Positions 63,465-64,000 of a stretch of 64,000 nucleotides of DNA are shown here, in pieces; position 1 is the stretch's first letter, and every line of letters begins with the position of its first letter. The notes beneath the pieces were generated by a model. The model made no database searches, was not told the DNA's origin, and was given only the letters and a program-made list of their open reading frames with translations. The DNA is from Antedon mediterranea (Eukaryota; Animalia; Echinodermata), in the NCBI RefSeq assembly GCF_964355755.1, contig NC_092675.1, positions 18,696,912-18,760,911 of the forward strand, written 5' to 3'. A program made the translations under genes and the position numbers.

Positions 63465-64000
63465 ATACTTGATATTTAGGTTTAGATACTGCCCTTACTA
63501 CATACTTTATATTTAGGTTTAGATACTGCTCCTACTCCATACTTGATATTCAGGTTTAGATAGGCCTACTGCTCCTACTCCATACTTGATATTTAGGTTT
63601 AGATACTGCCCTTACTACATACTTGATATTTACGTTTAGATACTGCTCCTACTCCATACTTGATATTTAGGTTTAGATACTGCTCCTACTCCATACTTGA
63701 TATTTAGGTTTAGATACTGCTACTACTCCATACTTGATATTTAGGTTTAGATACTGCTCCTACTCCATACTTGATATTTAGGTTTAGATACTGCTCTTAC
63801 TCCATACTTGATATTTAGGTTTAGGTACTGCTCCTACTCCATACTTGATATTTAGGTTTAGATACTGCTACTACTCCATACTTGATATTTAGGTTTAGAT
63901 ACTGCTCCTACTCCATACTTGATATAGGTTTAGATACTGCTCTTACTCTATACTTGATATTTCGGTTTAGATACTGCTCCTACTCCATACTTGATATTTA
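63465..64000. repeat. Minisatellite, 36-37 bp unit (ATACTTGATATTTAGGTTTAGATACTGCTCCTACTCC), about 14 copies, running off the window edge
   Basis: Direct tandem copies visible. Confidence 0.97.

Overview
AT-rich animal genomic DNA. The Deu-domain SINEs and the QRFP-type receptor suggest a marine invertebrate deuterostome such as an echinoderm (inference). There is one clear host gene, a single-coding-exon rhodopsin-family neuropeptide GPCR resembling the QRFP receptor (minus strand, 27668-28753). Most other recognisable features are mobile DNA: a full-length Ngaro-type tyrosine-recombinase retrotransposon with split direct repeats (11165-17764) inserted into a tRNA/Deu SINE, an internally deleted Gypsy LTR element with apparently identical 1080-bp LTRs (53343-55867), an intact single-ORF CR1-group LINE (58808-62139), a nested MITE cluster (39174-41326), many other MITEs and LINE fragments, and two minisatellites. 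Three observations stand out. (i) TA sites carry pervasive micro-insertions (TA to TAGGCCTA, TAGCCTA, TAGGGCCTA or TACTGTA), visible directly by comparing repeat copies. (ii) The Ngaro 3' region holds nine bulged hairpins with different stems but a near-identical apex. (iii) The Ngaro element has a predicted -1 ribosomal frameshift, a predicted Gag-recombinase splice, and an inverted repeat across its circle junction. All comparisons and counts were done by eye.
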